From Anaeramoeba ignava BMAN (taxonomy: Eukaryota > Protista > Anaeramoebae): DNA of 64,000 bases. The DNA lies in assembly GCA_028826165.1 (NCBI GenBank), contig JAPDFW010000033.1, positions 248,001-312,000 of the forward strand, written 5' to 3'. Within the stretch, counting starts at the first letter, position 1. Every line of letters begins with the position of its first letter. The notes beneath the pieces are model-generated. The model saw only the letters and a program-made list of their open reading frames with translations. It did not search any database and was not told where the DNA came from. Below, piece by piece: positions 58,381-64,000 of this stretch. Both the position numbers and the translations under genes were made by a program.

Positions 58381-61300
58381 AATAAAATATATTAATTTCT
58401 AATTAAATAATTAATTAATATTTATTTATAAATTAAATCTAAATATAATTTAAAATATATTTATTAATAAATAATAAATTAAACTTATTTAAAAATATTA
58501 AAATAAAATTAATAAAATAATTTAAATAAAAATATATTAATTTTTAATTAAATAATTAATTAATATTTATTTATAAATTAAATCTAAATATAATTTAAAA
58601 TAAATTTATTAATAATAAAATATTAAATTAAATTTATTAAAAATATTAAAAATAAAATTAATAAAATATTTAAATAAAAATATATCAATTTTTAATTAGA
58701 TAATTAATTAATATTTATTTATAAATTAAATCTAAATCTAATTTAAAATAAATTTATTAATAAATAATAAATTAAATTTATTTAAAAATATTAAAATAAA
58801 ATTAATAAAATAATTAAATAAAAATATATTAATTTCTAATTAAATAATTAATAAATATTTATTTATAAATTAAATATAAATCCTCTTAATTTAAAATAGA
58901 TTTATTAATAAATAATAAATCAAACTTATTTAAAAATATTAAAATAAAATTAATAAAATAATTAAATAAAAATATATTAATTTTTAATTAAATACTTAAT
59001 TAATATTTATTTATAAATTAAATCTAAATCTAATTTAAAAATAAATTTATTAATAAATAATAAATTAAACTTATTTAAAAATAATAAAATAAAATTAATA
59101 AAATATTTAAATAAAAATATATTAATTTCTAATTAAATAATCAATTAATATTTATTTATAAATTAAATCTAAATCTAATTTAAAATGGATTTATTAATAA
59201 ATAATAAATTAAATTTATTTAAAAATATTAAAATAAAATTAATAAAATATTTAAATAAAAATATATTAATTTCTAATTAAATAATTAATTAATATTTATT
59301 AATAAATTAAATCTAAATCTAATTTAAAATATATTTATTAATAAACATTAAATCAAATTTATTTAAAAATATTAAAATAAAATTAATAAAATATTTAAAT
59401 AAAAATATATTAATTTCTAATTAAATAATTAATAAATATTTATTTATAAACTAAATATAAATATAATTTAAAATAGATTTATTAATAAATAATAAATCAA
59501 ACTTATTTAAAAATATTAAAATAAAATTAATAAAATAATTTAAATAAAAATATATTAATTTTTAATTAAATAATTAATTAATATTTATTTATAAATTAAA
59601 TATAAATATAATTTAAAATGGATTTATTAATAAATAATAAATCAAACTTATTCAAAAATATTAAAATAAAATTAATAAAATATTTAAATAAAAATATATT
59701 AATTTCTAATTAAATAATTAATTAATATTTATTTATAAATTAAATATAAATCTAATTTAAAATAGATTTATTAATTAATATTAAATTAAACTTATTTAAA
59801 AATATTAAAATAAAATTAATAAAATAATTAAATAAAAATATATTAATTTCTAATTAAATAATTAATAAATATTTATTTATAAATTAAATATAAATCTAAT
59901 TTAAAATATATTTATTAATAAACATTAAATCAAATTTATTTAAAAATATTAAAATAAAATTAATAAAATATTTAAATAAAAATATATTAATTTCTAATTA
60001 AATAATTAATAAATATTTATTTATAAACTAAATATAAATATAATTTAAAATAGATTTATTAATAAATAATAAATCAAACTTATTTAAAAATATTAAAAAT
60101 AAAATTAATAAAATAATTAAATAAAAATATATTAATTTTTAATTAAATAATCAATTAATATTTATTTATAAATTAAATCTAAATATAATTTAAAATAAAT
60201 TTATTAATAAATAATAAATCAAATTTATTTAAAAATATTAAAATAAAATTAATAAAATAATTAAATAGAAATATATTAATTTCTAATTAAATAATTAATT
60301 AATATTTATTTATAAATTAAATCTAAATATAATTTAAAATGTATTTATTAATAAATAATAAATTAAACTATTTTAAAAATATTAAAATAAAATTAATAAA
60401 ATATTTAAATAAAAATATATTAATTTCTAATTAAATAATTAATAAATATTTATTTATAAATTAAATATAAATCTAATTTAAAATAGATTTATTAATAAAT
60501 AATAAATCAAACTTATTTAAAAATATTAAAATAAAATTAATAAAATATTTAAATAAAAATATATTAATTTATAATTAAATAATTAATAAATATTTATTTA
60601 TAAATTAAATATAAATCTAATTTAAAATAGATTTATTAATAAATAATAAATTAAACTTATTTAAAAATATTAAAATAAAATTAATAAAATAATTAAAATA
60701 AAAATATATTAATTTCTAATTAAATACTTAATTAATATTTATTTATAAATTAAATCTAAAATATAATTTAAAATGTATTTATTAATAATAAATATTAAAT
60801 TAAATTTATTAAAAATTATTAAAATAAAATTAATAAAATATTTAAATAAAAATATATTAATTTTTAATTAAATAATTAATTAATATTTAATTATAAATTA
60901 AATCTAAAATCTAATTTAAAATGGATTTATTAAAAATATTAAAATAAAATTAATAAAATATTTAAATAAAAATATATAAATTTTTAATTAAATAATTAAT
61001 TAATATTTATTTATAAACTAAATCTAAATATAATTTTAAAATGGATTTATTAATAAATATTAAATTAAACTTATTTAAAAATATTAAAATAAAATTAATA
61101 AAAAATATTTAAATAAAAATATATTAATTTCTAATTAAATAATTAATTAATATTTATTTATAAATTAAATATAAATCTAATTTAAAATAAATTTATTAAT
61201 AAATATTAAATTAAATTTATTTAAAAATATTAAAATAAAATTAATAAAATATTTAAATAAAAATATATCAATTTATAATTAAATAGTTAATTAATATTTA

Positions 61301-61940
61301 TTTATAAATTAAATCTAAATATAATTTAAAATAAATTTATTAATAAATAATAAATTAAACTTATTAAAAAATAAAAATAAAATTAATAAAATTATTTAAA
61401 ATAAAATATATTAAATTTATAATTAAATAGTTAATTAATATTTATTTATAAATTAAATCTAAATATAATTTAAAAATGGATTTATTAATAAATATTAAAT
61501 TAAACTAAAAAAAAATATTAAAATAAAATTAATAAAATATTTAAATAAAAATATATTAATTTTAATTTTAATTAATTAATTAATTAATATTTATTAATAA
61601 ATTAAATATAAATATAATTTAAAATAAATTTATTAATAAATATTAAATTAAACTTATTAATTAAAAATTATTAAAAATAAAATTAATAAAATATTTAAAT
61701 AAAAATATATTAATTTATAATTAAATAATTAATAAATATTTATTTATAAATTAAATCTAAATATAATTTAAAATAAATTTATTAATAAATATTAAATTAA
61801 ACTTATTAAAAATTATTAAAATAAAATTAATAAAATAATTAAATAAAAATATATTAATTTCTAATTAAATAATTAATTAATATTTATTTATAAATTAAAT
61901 CTAAATATAATTTAAAATGGATTTATTAATAAATATTAAA
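58381..61940. repeat. Intergenic AT-rich satellite, ~145-bp unit, ~24 copies
   Basis: Anchor AAATAAAAATATATTAATTT(C/T)TAATTAAATAATTAA recurs near 58387, 58532, 58680, 58824, 58972 and onward. Confidence 0.92.
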
Positions 61941-61997
61941 ATAAAAGAGTGTTGGATTAAAATCTTTTATTTTTCCAATGAAAAACCAAATAAAAAT

Positions 61998-62446
61998 TTA
62001 TTTCAATTTTGACAAAAAATGTAAAGTTAAAATCATTTCCATTTCTTCATTTGTAATTTTCTCAATTGATTTTGATCTTTCTTGTGAAGGTTTTTTTGGT
62101 TTATTTTTTTTTTTTGGTTTATTTTGTTCTTTTGGTTTATTTTGTTCTTTTGGTTTATTTTGTTCTTCTGGTTGATTTTGTTCTTCTGGTTGATTTTGTT
62201 CTTCCTAAATTTATTTAAAAAAAAAATGGTTCATTTTTAAAATTCGGAAAAATAAAAAATCAAAAAAATTAATAAAAAAAAAACCTTAATAATATTTAAT
62301 AACTTTTTGCACTTCACACAAAATCTTTGTTCGTTTTCTCGAATAATTTGATCTTTGCATGAAGAACGCATGCATATTTTATGTCCATCTTCACATTGAT
62401 AATATTTTTTACGTAAAGATTTTTTACATAAAACACAAGTTGCCAT
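61998..62446 (-). CDS. Small RING-finger (C3HC4, SINA-like spacing) protein; exons 62446-62285 and 62204-61998
   Basis: MATCVLCKKSLRKKYYQCEDGHKICMRSSCKDQIIRENEQRFCVKCKK; GT-AG intron; exon 2 has (E/K)EQN(Q/K)P repeats and ends ILTLHFLSKLK*. Confidence 0.75.
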
Positions 62447-62663
62447 TTCAATAGAAAAAAAAAAAAGGAAAAAAAAATGAAAAAAAAAAAAAGAAAATTT
62501 TTCAATTCATTCTCTTTCATTTAATTATTTAATTTAATTATTTAATTTAATTAAAGAAGCTTTTTTTTCCTTTTTTCTTTTGATTTGAAATTTCAAATTA
62601 AAATTAATCCAAAAATTTGAATGAAAAAAAAATAAAGAATAAAATTTCAAATTAAATCCCAAA

Positions 62664-64000
62664 TCAATTTGAAAATTTTTGAGAAAAATATAAAATCCAA
62701 AAATTTTTTCGTTCTAATTTCATTTTTTGGATTTGTTCAACTTTTTGAAATTCACCTTTTTGAACTGGGTTCATTTTTTGACTTTGATTGTTTAAATTGT
62801 TTTGATTTAAATTGTTTTTGCTTAAATTGCTTTTGCTTAAATTGCTTTTGCTTAAATTGTTTTGATTTAAATTGTTTTTGCTTAAATTGCTTTTGTTTAA
62901 ATTGTTTTGGTTTAAATTGCTTTTGCTTAAATTGTTTTGATTTAAATTGTTTTTGCTTAAATTGCTTTTGTTTAAATTGTTTTTGCTTAAATTGTTTTGA
63001 TTTAAATTGCTTTGATTTAAATTGCTTTTGTTTAAATTGCTTTTGTTTAAATTGCTTTTGCTTAAATTGTTTTGATTTAAATTGTTTTGATTTAAATTGC
63101 TTTTGTTTAAATTGTTTTTGCTTAAATTGTTTTGATTGAAATTGTTTTGATTTAAATTGTTTTGATTTAAATTGTTTTGATTGAAATTGTTGCTTTTGCT
63201 TAAATTGTTACTTTTGCTTAAATTGTTACTTTTGCTTAAATTGTTACTTTTGCTTAAATTGTTACTTTTCTTATTTTCATCAGAACTTTCACTTTTAGTT
63301 TCATTTGAACTTTCACTTTTAGTTTCATTTGAACTTTTACTTTCACTTTTGCTTAAATTGTTGCTTTTCTTATTTTCATCAGAACTTTTGCTTTCATTTG
63401 AACTTTCATTTGAACTTTCATTTGAACTTTTACTTTCACTTTTCTTTAAATTGTTGCTTTTCTTATTTTCATCAGAATTTTTGCTTTCGTTTGAACTTTT
63501 ACTTTTCATTTGAACTTTTACTTTCATTTGAACTTTTACTTTTACTTTGATTTTTGCTTAAATTGTTGCTTTTCTTATTTTCATCAGAACTTTTGCTTTC
63601 ATTTGAACTTTCATTTGAACTTTTACTTTCACTTTTACTTTCACTTTTCTTTAAATTGTTGCTTTTCTTATTTTCATCAGAATTTTTGCTTTCGTTTGAA
63701 CTTTTCTTTTCATCTGAACTTTTACTTTTGCTTTGATTTTTGCTTAAATTGTTGATTTTCTTATTTCCATCAGAATTTTCACTTTTAGTTTCACTTGGAC
63801 TTGAACTTAAATTGGAACTTAAATTTTGTGAACTTAAACTTGAACTCTCATTTGAATTTTTACTTTTACTTTTACTTTTACTTTTATCTTTAGGTTTATT
63901 TTGTTGTTCATCATTTTGTTCCTTATTTTTATTTTTCTTTTTACTTTTACTTTTCTTTTTATCTTTAGGTTTATTTTGTTGTTCATCATTTTGTTCCTTA
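62664..64000 (-). CDS. Low-complexity S/N/K/E-rich repetitive protein, 5' end outside window or frameshifted
   Basis: ORF 62664-63527 with SSNESK repeats and 15-bp NNLNQ/NNLSK repeats; the same repeat vocabulary continues to 64000 in another frame. Confidence 0.5.

Noticed and set aside
1-64000. Alternative genetic code (stop reassignment), rRNA or tRNA genes
   Set aside because: Long ORFs read cleanly in the standard code and end at TAA/TGA; no structured RNA gene was recognisable by eye.

Overview
Very AT-rich, gene-dense eukaryotic (protist) DNA using the standard genetic code. It has GT-AG spliceosomal introns, many of them swollen by short tandem repeats, and EN/QN low-complexity tracts in proteins. 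The style suggests an anaerobic amoeba such as Anaeramoeba; this is inference only. Genes in order: a DHYC-type palmitoyltransferase (partial), an intron-rich Ras, and a TBC1D13-like Rab GAP whose large intron holds an intact DD35D pogo-type DNA transposon. Next come a giant USP24/34-like deubiquitinase, a calponin-homology protein, an intronless MMPL/RND transporter and a ~140-bp satellite. These are followed by an alpha-2-macroglobulin (A2M)/thioester protein, two tandem BTB-BACK-TLDc genes, a garbled AP sigma subunit, an intronless Ras and a RasGAP-like/VPS9 protein. The window ends with a CARMIL-like PH-LRR-ankyrin-GTPase-RGS protein, a putative transcription factor, a ~145-bp satellite, a small RING protein and a low-complexity ORF. 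The standout is the A2M. It has no evident signal peptide, it keeps the thioester motif (GCFEQ), and its bait region is replaced by eight tandem ubiquitin-like domains, the last of which is a near-canonical ubiquitin ending RLKGG. This looks like a cytosolic, ubiquitin-baited covalent trap for deubiquitinases. It lies 65 bp from BTB-TLDc adaptors that have hypervariable loops.
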